Assembly: GCA_037481795.1 (NCBI GenBank)
Contig: JBBFLA010000004.1
Location: forward strand, 42,673 to 106,672
Source: Spirochaetota bacterium
GTDB lineage: Bacteria; Spirochaetota; UBA4802; UB4802
Length of the DNA: 64,000 nt
Direction of reading: 5' to 3'
Shown here: one piece after another, positions 9,412 through 18,898 of the stretch
Position numbering within the stretch: the first letter of the stretch is position 1
Layout of the letters: each line of letters opens with the position of its first letter
Made by a program: the position numbers and the translations under genes
Notes under the pieces: model-generated
Told to the model about the DNA's origin: nothing
What the model saw: only the letters and a program-made list of their open reading frames with translations
The model's database searches: none

Positions 9412-9474
9412 ATAAGTAGAATGTGTAAAAAACTGACAATGTATAGTATATCGGTATAATTCGGAGCTAAAAAT

Positions 9475-10491
9475 ATGTTACAACAAAAGAAATCGCAGTT
9501 ATCGGGCAGGCAAAAGGCTGCTATATTTCTGGTATCGCTTGGATCAGATGTATCGTCAGAAATTTTTAAGCATCTGAGAGAAGATGAAATTGAGCAGCTG
9601 ACATTTGAGATTGCCCGATTAGATAAAGTTGAACCTGAGGACCGTGACAAAGTTTTAATGGAATTCCAGGAGCTTATGATGGCTCAGGAATTCATTGCAA
9701 CTGGTGGTATAGATTATGCACGAGAAGTGCTTGAAAGAGCGCTGGGTACTCAGAAAGCTATTGATATAGTAAATCGTTTAACGTCTTCATTGCAGGTAAG
9801 GCCTTTTGATTTTATACGACGAACGGACCCAAGCCACCTTTTGAACTTTATTCAGGGTGAACATCCGCAGACAATTGCATTAATATTAGCATATTTAGAC
9901 CCTCAGAAAGCTGCTACAATACTATCAGGTTTAAGCCATCAGATCCAGGCTGATGTGGCACGTCGTATAGCAACTATGGACCGTACTTCGCCTGACGTTT
10001 TGCGTGAAGTTGAGCGTGTTCTTGAACGAAAACTTTCAACATTAGCCAGTGAAGACTATACTTCGGCAGGTGGTATTGATGCTATTGTTGAAGTGTTGAC
10101 TCATGTTGACCGTGGTACTGAGAAGATAATTATTGAAGCACTTGAAGAAGAAGATCCGGAACTTGCTGAAGAAATAAAGAAACGAATGTTTGTTTTTGAA
10201 GATATTGTACTGCTTGATGATAGAGCAATCCAGAAAGTATTGCGTGAAGTTGACACACAGGATCTTGCTAAAGCTCTTAAAGGTGTTGATGCCGAAGTTC
10301 AGGAAAAAATATTCAGGAATATGTCAAAACGTGCCTCTGCACTGCTGCGCGAAGATATGGATTTTATGGGGCCAATTAGGCTCAGAGACGTTGAAGAAGC
10401 TCAGCAGAAAATTGTTAATATAATACGAAAACTAGAAGAAGCTGGCGATATTGTTGTAGCACGTGCCGGCGAGGAGGAGCTCGTTGTCTAA
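9475..10491 (+). CDS. fliG: Flagellar motor switch protein FliG
   Basis: 338 aa; N-terminal GRQKAAIFLVSLG, middle and C-terminal FliG domains (MFVFEDIVLLDDRAIQKVLREV). Confidence 0.9.
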   Translation: MLQQKKSQLSGRQKAAIFLVSLGSDVSSEIFKHLREDEIEQLTFEIARLDKVEPEDRDKVLMEFQELMMAQEFIATGGIDYAREVLERALGTQKAIDIVNRLTSSLQVRPFDFIRRTDPSHLLNFIQGEHPQTIALILAYLDPQKAATILSGLSHQIQADVARRIATMDRTSPDVLREVERVLERKLSTLASEDYTSAGGIDAIVEVLTHVDRGTEKIIIEALEEEDPELAEEIKKRMFVFEDIVLLDDRAIQKVLREVDTQDLAKALKGVDAEVQEKIFRNMSKRASALLREDMDFMGPIRLRDVEEAQQKIVNIIRKLEEAGDIVVARAGEEELVV

Positions 10492-11410
10492 GCTTGTTTT
10501 TAAACCTACTGAAATTCAGGTTATATCGGCACCAAAACAAATTGAGTTGCCTGAAAAATACCAGAAGAATGTTTTAACAGATGAGGAATATGCTGAATTT
10601 GAGGTTGATGAGGAAGGTAATCCTGTTGAGGTGTATCAAGGTCCATCTATAGAAGAGATGGAAGCTGAATTAGAGCGCTATCGGCGTGAAACAGAAGAAG
10701 AAGTGCGCCGGATGCTGGATGATGCTAAAGCTAAGGCAGCACAGATAGAAGAGGAAGGGAAAAAGGTTGCATTCTTAGAATTACAGCAGGCACGTGAACA
10801 GATAAAAATTGAAATGGAGCGCTTTAAAATAGAATCCGAGAGGGAGATTGAGCGCGGTAAATTTGAAGCAGAGAAGATGATAAAAGAAGCTGAATTGAAG
10901 GTTTCGGAAATTGAGCATGAAGCATACAAACGTGGTTATGATGCAGGACGCGAAGAAGGGTACAAAGAAGGGCAGGCTGAGGTCATGCGCCTCATTGATA
11001 GATTAGGCACCATCGTTTCTACAGCAGTTGATATCCGTGATGATATAATCAGGTCATCTGAAAAGCTTATGACCGAAATGATACTTATGATTGCACGTAA
11101 AGTTATAAAAGATGAGATAGTTGAACGTCGTGAAGTAGTTATTAACAATATTAAAGAAGCATTACAGCGTGTTAAAGATAGAGACCGCATTGATATCAGA
11201 GTCAATTTTGCCGACTTAGATATGACTACAGCCCATAAAGATGAACTCATAAAGATGATGGAGTCACTTAAGAAAGTCAATATTTATGAAGATTCACGAG
11301 TTGAGCGAGGTGGTTGCATCATTGAGACAGATGTGGGTGCTATTGATGCTCGTATTTCAACACAACTTGAAGCAATTGAAGAAGCTATTCGTAATGCACG
11401 TCCACTATGA
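10463..11410 (+). CDS. fliH: Flagellar assembly protein FliH
   Basis: Glu-rich coiled-coil N-terminal half and FliH/YscL-like C-terminal domain; position between fliG and fliI. Start is GTG at 10463, or TTG at 10484 after GAGGAGGAG. Confidence 0.75.
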   Translation: MPARRSSLSKLVFKPTEIQVISAPKQIELPEKYQKNVLTDEEYAEFEVDEEGNPVEVYQGPSIEEMEAELERYRRETEEEVRRMLDDAKAKAAQIEEEGKKVAFLELQQAREQIKIEMERFKIESEREIERGKFEAEKMIKEAELKVSEIEHEAYKRGYDAGREEGYKEGQAEVMRLIDRLGTIVSTAVDIRDDIIRSSEKLMTEMILMIARKVIKDEIVERREVVINNIKEALQRVKDRDRIDIRVNFADLDMTTAHKDELIKMMESLKKVNIYEDSRVERGGCIIETDVGAIDARISTQLEAIEEAIRNARPL

Positions 11411-11431
11411 TAGATTAAAAAAGAGGTTTGG

Positions 11432-12841
11432 ATGATACAGATTCTACCACATGAAAAAGTTGATATATTTTCAAAGTATAAGGATGTGCTTGAAGAAGTT
11501 GATACATTGAGAGCAACGGGACGGGTTGAAAAAATTACCGGTTTAACAATTGAATCGCATGGACCGGATGTGCAATATGGTGAATTATGTCGCATTAGAT
11601 TAAAATCCGGGAATTATCTGTATGCTGAAGTTGTGGGTTTTAATAAAAACAAAATAATTCTTATGCCTATTGGCGATATGAAAGGTGTTGTACCGGGTGC
11701 AGATGTTTATGCAGTTGGTTCGCAGCTTTTTGTGCCGGTTGGCGATGCTCTTATTGGTAGGGTCATTGATGGGTTGGGCAATCCCATTGATGGTAAAGGT
11801 AATCTATTTTTAAAAGAAAGGTATCCTGTTGACAATAAACCTTTAAGTCCCCTTGAAAGAGAGATAATTGACTCGCCATTGCCTACAGGGATAAGAGCAA
11901 TAGATGGGCTTATTACAGTAGGCAAAGGACAGCGTATGGGTATTTTTTCCGGTTCAGGTGTTGGTAAATCTACATTAATTTCAATGATTGCTCGGAATAC
12001 GGCCGCTGATATAAGTGTTATTGCATTAATTGGTGAACGTGGAAGAGAAGCAAAGGATTTTGTGGAAAAAGAATTACAGAATGAAGGGTTAAAACGTTCG
12101 GTGGTTATAATTTCTACATCTGACCAACCACCAATGGTACGTTTAAGGGCAGGTTTTCTGGCTCATTCTGTTGCTGAATATTTCAGGGATAAAGGGTTGC
12201 ATGTTAATTTACTCATGGATTCTATTACACGTTTTGCAATGGCACAGCGAGAGGTAGGGCTTGCTGCAGGTCAACCCGCAGCAACCCGTGGATATCCACC
12301 TTCAGTATTTTCATTATTACCGCAATTGCTGGAAAGAGCTGGTAATAAAAAAGGTGCAGGAAGCATAACAGGTTTTTATTCAATACTGGTTGAAGCAGAT
12401 GATATGAATGAACCCATAGCTGATGCTGTCAGAGGTATACTGGATGGCCATGTGGTGCTGGACAGAAAGCTAGCGCATAAAAATCATTACCCTGCTATAG
12501 ATGTCCTTGGATCAATTTCTCGATGTATGAATGACGTGATAGATGAAGATCATAAAAATGCTGCCAACACATTCAGAAAGCTTTTAGCTGCATACCGTGA
12601 AGCAGAAGACCTTATACTGCTGGGTGCCTACGCACGAGGTTCAGATCCTGATGTTGATAAAGCAATTGATATGAAGCCAGCAATGGATGCGTTTTTGCAA
12701 CAAGGAATTTATGAAAAAGATACATATGAAAATATCAAAAACCGATTGTCAGAGTTGACGCTTGGAACTAAAGCTAAGACAACAAAAAGACAGGAGTTTG
12801 TTGATCGTACACCATATTTTGCACAAAGACCCGGAAGATAG
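11432..12841 (+). CDS. fliI: Flagellum-specific ATP synthase FliI
   Basis: Walker A GSGVGKST, Walker B LLMDSITR; 469 aa. Confidence 0.95.
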   Translation: MIQILPHEKVDIFSKYKDVLEEVDTLRATGRVEKITGLTIESHGPDVQYGELCRIRLKSGNYLYAEVVGFNKNKIILMPIGDMKGVVPGADVYAVGSQLFVPVGDALIGRVIDGLGNPIDGKGNLFLKERYPVDNKPLSPLEREIIDSPLPTGIRAIDGLITVGKGQRMGIFSGSGVGKSTLISMIARNTAADISVIALIGERGREAKDFVEKELQNEGLKRSVVIISTSDQPPMVRLRAGFLAHSVAEYFRDKGLHVNLLMDSITRFAMAQREVGLAAGQPAATRGYPPSVFSLLPQLLERAGNKKGAGSITGFYSILVEADDMNEPIADAVRGILDGHVVLDRKLAHKNHYPAIDVLGSISRCMNDVIDEDHKNAANTFRKLLAAYREAEDLILLGAYARGSDPDVDKAIDMKPAMDAFLQQGIYEKDTYENIKNRLSELTLGTKAKTTKRQEFVDRTPYFAQRPGR

Positions 12842-12857
12842 TTTATGAGGGTAGAAA

Positions 12858-13301
12858 ATGAAGAAGTTTGAATTCAGATTACAGACTTTACTTGATTTGC
12901 GTATTTCAAAAGAACATGCAATTAAAGCTGAATTAGCACGATTGATTGCAAAGCAGAATGCAGAAATAGTTTTGCAACAGGATTATAAACAAAGAGTTAC
13001 AGAATACTATGCCAGGCTTTCGGCTAATATGCGCCAGGGTACTTTTTCTTATTCAGAAGCGCTTATGTGTGAACGGTTTGCCTATACTGCAGAAAAAGCT
13101 ATTGCATTATCACAAAAGCGGGTTGAACAAATGCAGCCTGAAATTGAAAAGGTGCGTGAGCGATTAATACAGGCATCAAAAGAAAGAAAAGTGGTGGAAC
13201 GCTTAAAGGAAAGAAAATATGAAGAATATATGTATCAGTATAACAGGGAAATGGTAAAGGAATTAGACGATATGAATCAGAGAATGTATAATAATGTGTG
13301 A
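12858..13301 (+). CDS. fliJ: Flagellar export protein FliJ
   Basis: 147-aa coiled-coil protein; MKKFEFRLQTLLDLR...KAELARL typical FliJ N-terminus; position after fliI. Confidence 0.8.
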   Translation: MKKFEFRLQTLLDLRISKEHAIKAELARLIAKQNAEIVLQQDYKQRVTEYYARLSANMRQGTFSYSEALMCERFAYTAEKAIALSQKRVEQMQPEIEKVRERLIQASKERKVVERLKERKYEEYMYQYNREMVKELDDMNQRMYNNV

Positions 13302-13311
13302 GGTATTGTCA

Positions 13312-13662
13312 ATGGATATTAACAGCATAAAGCAAATTCAGGATAGGATAAAAGAAATTAAAAAACGATTCCAGACTATTCAAAATACATATGCAAAAGT
13401 ATCACCTTCTATCAGTACCGTTATGCCTAATAGTAAAGCAACTGAAGCCAGCAAAGAGATAGCTACTGCACAGGAATCCAGTGAAACCCAGAAGAATAAT
13501 ACTGCTACTATAAAAATCACAGAAGAAATACTGAAGAATGTGATTAATTCAAAGAAGGAAAATACTGCGGAAACACTTGACGTTCAGCAGATTCAAAACC
13601 TGTTGCAAAAAGCTATTACTCAGTATACCAGCAATGGCAAAATGTTTAATATTGAGGAATAA
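13312..13662 (+). CDS. Hypothetical hydrophilic protein in the flagellar operon
   Basis: ORF between fliJ and the FlbB-like gene; ATG at 13312 with RBS GAGGT; no family recognised. Confidence 0.4.
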   Translation: MDINSIKQIQDRIKEIKKRFQTIQNTYAKVSPSISTVMPNSKATEASKEIATAQESSETQKNNTATIKITEEILKNVINSKKENTAETLDVQQIQNLLQKAITQYTSNGKMFNIEE

Positions 13663-13696
13663 TGGTAAAGTAAGTAAACCATAAGAGGTTAATACC

Positions 13697-14296
13697 ATGA
13701 AACTAGTATCAGATTCAACAAAAGTGATATATCTGGCAATAATGATTTTATTAATCATTATTGTAGGGTTATTCTGGTTGGATTATATTGGCTTAATTAA
13801 TATTGGCAGAATGTATCATCAATATATTGCAAAGGAAGCGCCTTCTGTTGTGGATGCTGCAGATGATGAGCCATCGCTAATAGAGAGGGAAGAATTTGAA
13901 AAGCAAAAAGATGAGCTATTGCAAAGAATAGAAGATTTAGACAAGCGAGAAGCAAAGATAGTTGAAGCCGAAAAGATAATTGCAAAAGAAAAAGAAAAAC
14001 TTGAGCAATTGCAAAAAGGGCTGGATCAGGAAAAAAAGGCATTGGAGCTTGAAAAGAAAAAATATTCAGGCTATAAAAAGAATGTTATGGATCTAGCCAA
14101 AAAAATTGAAGGCATTTCACCACAGGATGCTGTTGATATAATGGTTCAATGGGAAGAAACCCTTATTATAGATGTGTTGCGTCAGATTGACCAGAATGCT
14201 GCAAAGGAAGGCAGGATGAGTATATCAACGTATTTGCTGTCGCTAATGCCAAAAGAAAAAGCAAGTCGTGTTATGTATTTAATGACACAATTGTAA
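13697..14296 (+). CDS. FlbB/YlxF-like flagellar protein (N-terminal TM helix, coiled coil, MgtE_N/MotE-like C-terminal domain)
   Basis: N-terminal TM, Lys/Glu coiled coil and C-terminal DAVDIMVQWEE...ISTYLLSLMPKEKASRVM resembling MgtE_N-type domains of FlbB (spirochaetes) and YlxF (Bacillus), which occupy the same position after fliJ. Confidence 0.5.
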   Translation: MKLVSDSTKVIYLAIMILLIIIVGLFWLDYIGLINIGRMYHQYIAKEAPSVVDAADDEPSLIEREEFEKQKDELLQRIEDLDKREAKIVEAEKIIAKEKEKLEQLQKGLDQEKKALELEKKKYSGYKKNVMDLAKKIEGISPQDAVDIMVQWEETLIIDVLRQIDQNAAKEGRMSISTYLLSLMPKEKASRVMYLMTQL

Positions 14297-14299
14297 TCA

Positions 14300-14881
14300 T
14301 TATTTGCAATAATCCTGTATCATTGCTAAGATAATATTTTTACCTAATCCAGTTTTGGCAGATGTAGGAACTACATATTCCTTATTGATGTTCAGGCTAG
14401 AGCAAATCCGTGAAATACCATTATTTATTTCATTTTTTGAAACTTTGTCGCATTTTGTGGCAAGAATCATTACATTAATATTATTTTGCAAAGCCTTTGT
14501 AATTATATCATTTTCACTTTTATCTGGTTCACGCCGGATATCTATAAGGAGAAACAGAAGTTTAAGGTTAGATCGTGAACTAATATATGTGTGAATCATT
14601 TCTATGAATTCCAGCCGCTTATCATGTGAAACTTTTGCATAACCAAATCCTGGGCAGTCGGCAAAGCTTATTTTTTCATTAATGCAAAAAAAATTAAGTG
14701 TTTGTGTCACTCCGGGTTTACTCCCTGTTTTGGCAATATTTTTTCTACCAAGAAGTGTATTAATAAGGGAAGACTTGCCAACGTTAGATCTACCAATGAA
14801 AGCAAATTCGGGCAAAATGTATTTTGGATACTGTGATGGAATGCGAGCACTGGTAACAAAGCGTATGGTATTAATTTTCAT
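14300..14881 (-). CDS. engB: Ribosome biogenesis GTP-binding protein EngB/YsxC/YihA
   Basis: G1 GRSNVGKSS, G3 DCPGFGY, NKCD-type TKCDK motif; 193 aa. Confidence 0.9.
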   Translation of the reverse strand: MKINTIRFVTSARIPSQYPKYILPEFAFIGRSNVGKSSLINTLLGRKNIAKTGSKPGVTQTLNFFCINEKISFADCPGFGYAKVSHDKRLEFIEMIHTYISSRSNLKLLFLLIDIRREPDKSENDIITKALQNNINVMILATKCDKVSKNEINNGISRICSSLNINKEYVVPTSAKTGLGKNIILAMIQDYCK

Positions 14882-15323
14882 GATGTATAATCTTTTCCAT
14901 CAAAATAGCATTATCAAAACGATAATAATTCTTTCTGAATCCAACGGAGTAAAATCCTAATGATGTATAAAATTTTATAGCGCTGGTATTGGTATCAGCA
15001 ACTTCAAGCACGATCTTTTTTTGATTATCTGCATGGTTAATGACATGCTGGACAAGAAGTGTTCCAACTTTATATCGCTGTAAAATGGGTAAAACTGCAA
15101 TGCGCAACAATTGAATTTCGTCAGCAATATACCATGCAAGGACATATCCTGCAAATTTATTGTCAATTTCAGCAACAAATAGTCTTGAAAAATGTAAATC
15201 TAATTCACGGGTAAAACTTTCAGTTGACCATGCATTTTCACAAAAAACATCTGCATCCAGCGCTGCAATGTTTTCAATGTCTTCATACTGAGCTTTGCGA
15301 ATGAGAATTTTTTTATAAGGCAT
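14871..15323 (-). CDS. GNAT-family N-acetyltransferase, RimI-like
   Basis: Acetyl-CoA binding motif region LRIAVLPILQRYKVGTLLV...KFYTSLGF; probable true start MPYKK (ATG at 15323), the upstream 33 aa being an ORF-track extension. Confidence 0.7.
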   Translation of the reverse strand: MPYKKILIRKAQYEDIENIAALDADVFCENAWSTESFTRELDLHFSRLFVAEIDNKFAGYVLAWYIADEIQLLRIAVLPILQRYKVGTLLVQHVINHADNQKKIVLEVADTNTSAIKFYTSLGFYSVGFRKNYYRFDNAILMEKIIHHEN

Positions 15324-15327
15324 CCTT

Positions 15328-16116
15328 TTACTTATCTTTGAAGTGTGGCTCACGCTTTTCAAGGAATGCAGAAATACCTTCTTTTTTGTCTTCGGTTTCG
15401 CATAATTGACCAAACAGTTCACGTTCTAATGTAAGCGCACTATAAAACTCCATGGTTGAACCTTTAGCTATTGCTTGCATAGCAGCTTTTATTGCCATCC
15501 TGCTTCTGGCAGCTATTGCTTTTGCTAATTCCTTTGCTTCATCAACAACTTTGCCTTTTTCGGTTGCTCTATTTACAACTCTATAAATTTCGGCCTGTTT
15601 TCCGCTTATAAAATTTCCTGATAAAATAAGTTCGTAAGCAGCACCTTTGCCAAAGAGACGAGTGCTTCGTTGAGTTCCACCATACCCTGGAATAATGCCT
15701 AATTTAATTTCGGGTAAACCCAGCTGCGCTGATTCGTCAGCTAACCGTATATGGCATGCAAGTGCCAATTCCAGTCCACCACCAAGGCAGTACCCGTTAA
15801 TAGCTGCAATAAACGGTTTTTCAGAATTTTCAATGATATTCAGCACGTCCTGGCCGTTTTTAAGAAAGTTTGCGCCATCTTCTTTGGTATTCTGTTCTTT
15901 AATTTCATTAATATCCGCACCAGCAACAAACGCTTTTCCTGCACCAGTAACAATAACAACTCTCACTGAATCATTTTCAATGAGTTGTCCAATTGCTTCC
16001 CTCATGTCTTTCAGAACAACATGATTCAAGGCATTCATTGGTGGATTATCAATAGTTACTAAAGCAATACCATTTTCAATTGTATAGTAACATTTTTTTT
16101 GTGTAGAATCTCCCAT
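15328..16116 (-). CDS. Enoyl-CoA hydratase (crotonase family)
   Basis: 262 aa; crotonase fold with AGADI motif and GLPEIKLGIIPGYGGTQR oxyanion-hole region. Confidence 0.85.
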   Translation of the reverse strand: MGDSTQKKCYYTIENGIALVTIDNPPMNALNHVVLKDMREAIGQLIENDSVRVVIVTGAGKAFVAGADINEIKEQNTKEDGANFLKNGQDVLNIIENSEKPFIAAINGYCLGGGLELALACHIRLADESAQLGLPEIKLGIIPGYGGTQRSTRLFGKGAAYELILSGNFISGKQAEIYRVVNRATEKGKVVDEAKELAKAIAARSRMAIKAAMQAIAKGSTMEFYSALTLERELFGQLCETEDKKEGISAFLEKREPHFKDK

Positions 16117-16195
16117 AGTGCACCTCTTGAATGAAATTTTCTAAAATTTTCAAATATGTTTTATGTTTGTCAAGATTTAATTTTAAATTTAGAAT

Positions 16196-17107
16196 TTATA
16201 TTAATTGTGATTCTTTATATTTAATAAGTTTATAAACCGTTGTATTATATGGTGTATTGATGCTGTATTGTTTAGCAATGGTAATGATAGAACCATTAAT
16301 AGAATCAATTTCGGTTTTTCGTTTTGCAAGAATGTCCTGCAGCATAGAACAAAAATTCTTCTGCGTATTTCTGCATACCGTCACTGTTGTTTCAAACATA
16401 TAGTTACTATCTATAAAAATACCATAAGCCTGTGCAACCAGACATGCCTCCTGTATGATACCTTTCATTATATGTAATGTATTATTGTTTTCAATGAGCT
16501 TGCCATTGGGTACTTCCAGCAACGCTCCCAGTGGATTTATCGCTGCATTAATGATAGCTTTTTCCCATATAGCTTTTTTAGGGTCAGGTGCGATAGTTAC
16601 TGTTAGATTAGCTTTTTGCAGCAATGAATGCACAGTGGAACAATGGCTGTAACTATCGCCGCCAATGATGATAGAGCCTGTTCCTCCAAAACGCACACTG
16701 GAAGGTGAAACCTTTGTGGCACCAATTGTGGTGGTCCCGTAGACTAACGGGTTGTTAATCATTGATGATATCAACTCAACATTGCCAATGCCATTTTGCA
16801 GTGTTACAACGATTGCATTGGGCTTAATGTGAGGTTGAATGGTACGAATTGCATCCTCAGTGGCAAAACTTTTAATGAACAAAAAGATGATATCAGCTGA
16901 AATAAGAATGGCAGGATCATTACTTATAGTGGGATAAAAAGTTTGTTGTACAGAATTTATTTCAACAGACAACCCATCCTTTATTGCATTAACTGTATTG
17001 GGATTAGTATCGTATAATAGTATGGTATACCTGCTGTGCAAAAAAAATGCAAACAGGGATCCCATTGCGCCTGCGCCAACTATTGCAATTACGGGTTTAT
17101 TATTCAT
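16196..17107 (-). CDS. panE: 2-dehydropantoate 2-reductase (ketopantoate reductase, ApbA/PanE family)
   Basis: N-terminal Rossmann IAIVGAGAMGS, conserved LQNGIGN motif, ApbA_C-like C-terminal domain; 303 aa. Confidence 0.75.
   Translation of the reverse strand: MNNKPVIAIVGAGAMGSLFAFFLHSRYTILLYDTNPNTVNAIKDGLSVEINSVQQTFYPTISNDPAILISADIIFLFIKSFATEDAIRTIQPHIKPNAIVVTLQNGIGNVELISSMINNPLVYGTTTIGATKVSPSSVRFGGTGSIIIGGDSYSHCSTVHSLLQKANLTVTIAPDPKKAIWEKAIINAAINPLGALLEVPNGKLIENNNTLHIMKGIIQEACLVAQAYGIFIDSNYMFETTVTVCRNTQKNFCSMLQDILAKRKTEIDSINGSIITIAKQYSINTPYNTTVYKLIKYKESQLI
16588..16602 (-). repeat. Copy of dispersed motif
   Basis: GTGCGATAGTTACTG inside panE; forms a near-perfect 13-bp inverted pair with 16647..16660 (44-nt spacer). 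Confidence 0.8.
16647..16660 (+). repeat. Copy of dispersed motif
   Basis: CTGTAACTATCGCC inside panE. Confidence 0.8.
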
Positions 17108-17349
17108 GATATTCTTTACATCATAGTAACGTTATGATGTCAATACTGTAATATATTTGCTAAATAGTATTATAAAATAAAATAATCTTTTCTTCAAAAA
17201 TATTTTGACTACCGTAACCATATAGTATATTTATATTAAAATTTTGATAATGTGATAAAAATGTACTATTTTTGTTATAGAATATAACTATTAAAATTTG
17301 ATTAGTTAATAGTAGTGCTGTAAAAAAATGCCAGAGAGAAATTGTTACT

Positions 17350-18816
17350 ATGGATAATCCTGTTAGTTTGGAATATAATACGCTCCTTAATACCATACAG
17401 GCACCTGTTTTTGTGGTTGACGCTTCAAAACACATTATTGATATTAATAATCATACCAGGCGTTTATTCCATTCTCTTGATATAATTGGAAAATCCTGCA
17501 AAGATATATTCCCGGAGTGTGAAAAATCATGTACCTGTCCTGTTGATGCTGCTGATTACAAAATTCCAACTGATAGCCATCGATGTAAACAGGTAATGGT
17601 ATTGAATACAGTAAAAGAACAGGTGGAACTGTGTATCATTCCAGTGCATACTGCACATGATATTGTATTCCTTCATATTTTAACTGATAATGATATACAG
17701 AACAGACAAAACCTGGTAATGCTTGAAAAAAACATGACTATTTCAACGTTAGCTTCAGGTATTGCCCATGAATTTAATAATATGAACGCAGGCATTCAGG
17801 GTATTGTTGAATTACTGCTTTCACAGGAAGAGTTATCTAACGCTGGAGTAAAAGATCTTAAAACAATATTGAAGATAGTCAAACGAGCTACACATCTTAT
17901 TGATCAGTTATCAATGTTAGCTCATCGAAAACCTTCAAAGCAGATGCTGGTTAATATTGAAGACATAGTGAATGATTGTATAAGTATCATAAAACCACAG
18001 TTTATGGATGCTGGAATCACTATTGATGTTATTCATAAAGACAGGCTACCAGAATTATTTTTAGATGCCAATAAGATAACGTTAGCTCTAATGAATATCT
18101 TGTTAAATGCACGAGATGCAATGATTGATACACAAAAGAAAAAATTAGAAATTGTTACCTGCCATAATGATAAATATGTTTCTATAACTGTTAAAGATAC
18201 AGGATGTGGAATAAAAGAAGAAAATATACAGAGGATATTTGAACCATTTTTTACCACCAAAGGTCCATTGGGGCATTCTAATATACCTGGTACAGGACTG
18301 GGTCTTTCTGTTGCGTTGGGTATTATTGAGGAACATGGTGGCACAATAGCAGTAGAAAGTACAGTTGGCAAGGGTACTATATTTACAATTCAATTGCCAA
18401 TTAATACTGATGATAAAGTTGCTTCTGAAGTTGCAGTAAATTATACAGAATATGATTTTTCAGGCAAAAAGATTTTAATTATTGAAGATGATCCTGAATT
18501 TGCTACTATTTTACAAAGGGCACTGATTGCCAAAAATGCTGAAGTAGTATATGCAGGGAACGGTGCTGAAGGATTATATTATCTGGATAATCATACTGTA
18601 GATCTTGCATTACTTGATGTACACCTGCCAGATATGACGGTATGGGATATATTGAAGAAAGTTCAGTATATGAATAACAGGCCAAATGTAATTATTGTAT
18701 CAGGAAATTATTTAGCAATGAATAACAACTATATTGGTATAGTTGATTATGTGTTGCTTAAGCCATTTGATTTAGAAGAACTGTTTAATGCAATTAAAAA
18801 CAGTTTATCTATATAA
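17350..18816 (+). CDS. Hybrid sensor histidine kinase/response regulator
   Basis: HisKA H-box LASGIAHEFNNMNAGIQG; HATPase N/G boxes (LLNARDAM, GTGLGLSV); C-terminal REC domain (KILIIEDDPEF...LDVHLPDMTVWDIL). Confidence 0.85.
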   Translation: MDNPVSLEYNTLLNTIQAPVFVVDASKHIIDINNHTRRLFHSLDIIGKSCKDIFPECEKSCTCPVDAADYKIPTDSHRCKQVMVLNTVKEQVELCIIPVHTAHDIVFLHILTDNDIQNRQNLVMLEKNMTISTLASGIAHEFNNMNAGIQGIVELLLSQEELSNAGVKDLKTILKIVKRATHLIDQLSMLAHRKPSKQMLVNIEDIVNDCISIIKPQFMDAGITIDVIHKDRLPELFLDANKITLALMNILLNARDAMIDTQKKKLEIVTCHNDKYVSITVKDTGCGIKEENIQRIFEPFFTTKGPLGHSNIPGTGLGLSVALGIIEEHGGTIAVESTVGKGTIFTIQLPINTDDKVASEVAVNYTEYDFSGKKILIIEDDPEFATILQRALIAKNAEVVYAGNGAEGLYYLDNHTVDLALLDVHLPDMTVWDILKKVQYMNNRPNVIIVSGNYLAMNNNYIGIVDYVLLKPFDLEELFNAIKNSLSI

Positions 18817-18898
18817 TTGAAACATAAAAATAGTATTGACATAAATATAAATCTGTATAATATTTCCAAATATTTTTGCTCAAATATCAGGAGCTTAT

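Noticed and set aside
16588-16660. Near-perfect 13-bp inverted repeat pair (GCGATAGTTACTG ... CTGTAACTATCGC, 44-nt spacer) that could be a tiny MITE
   Set aside because: It lies inside panE, whose reading frame and conserved motifs (LQNGIGN) are intact across it. The arms are copies of the dispersed oligomer, so chance juxtaposition of two motif copies is more parsimonious than a transposon insertion.
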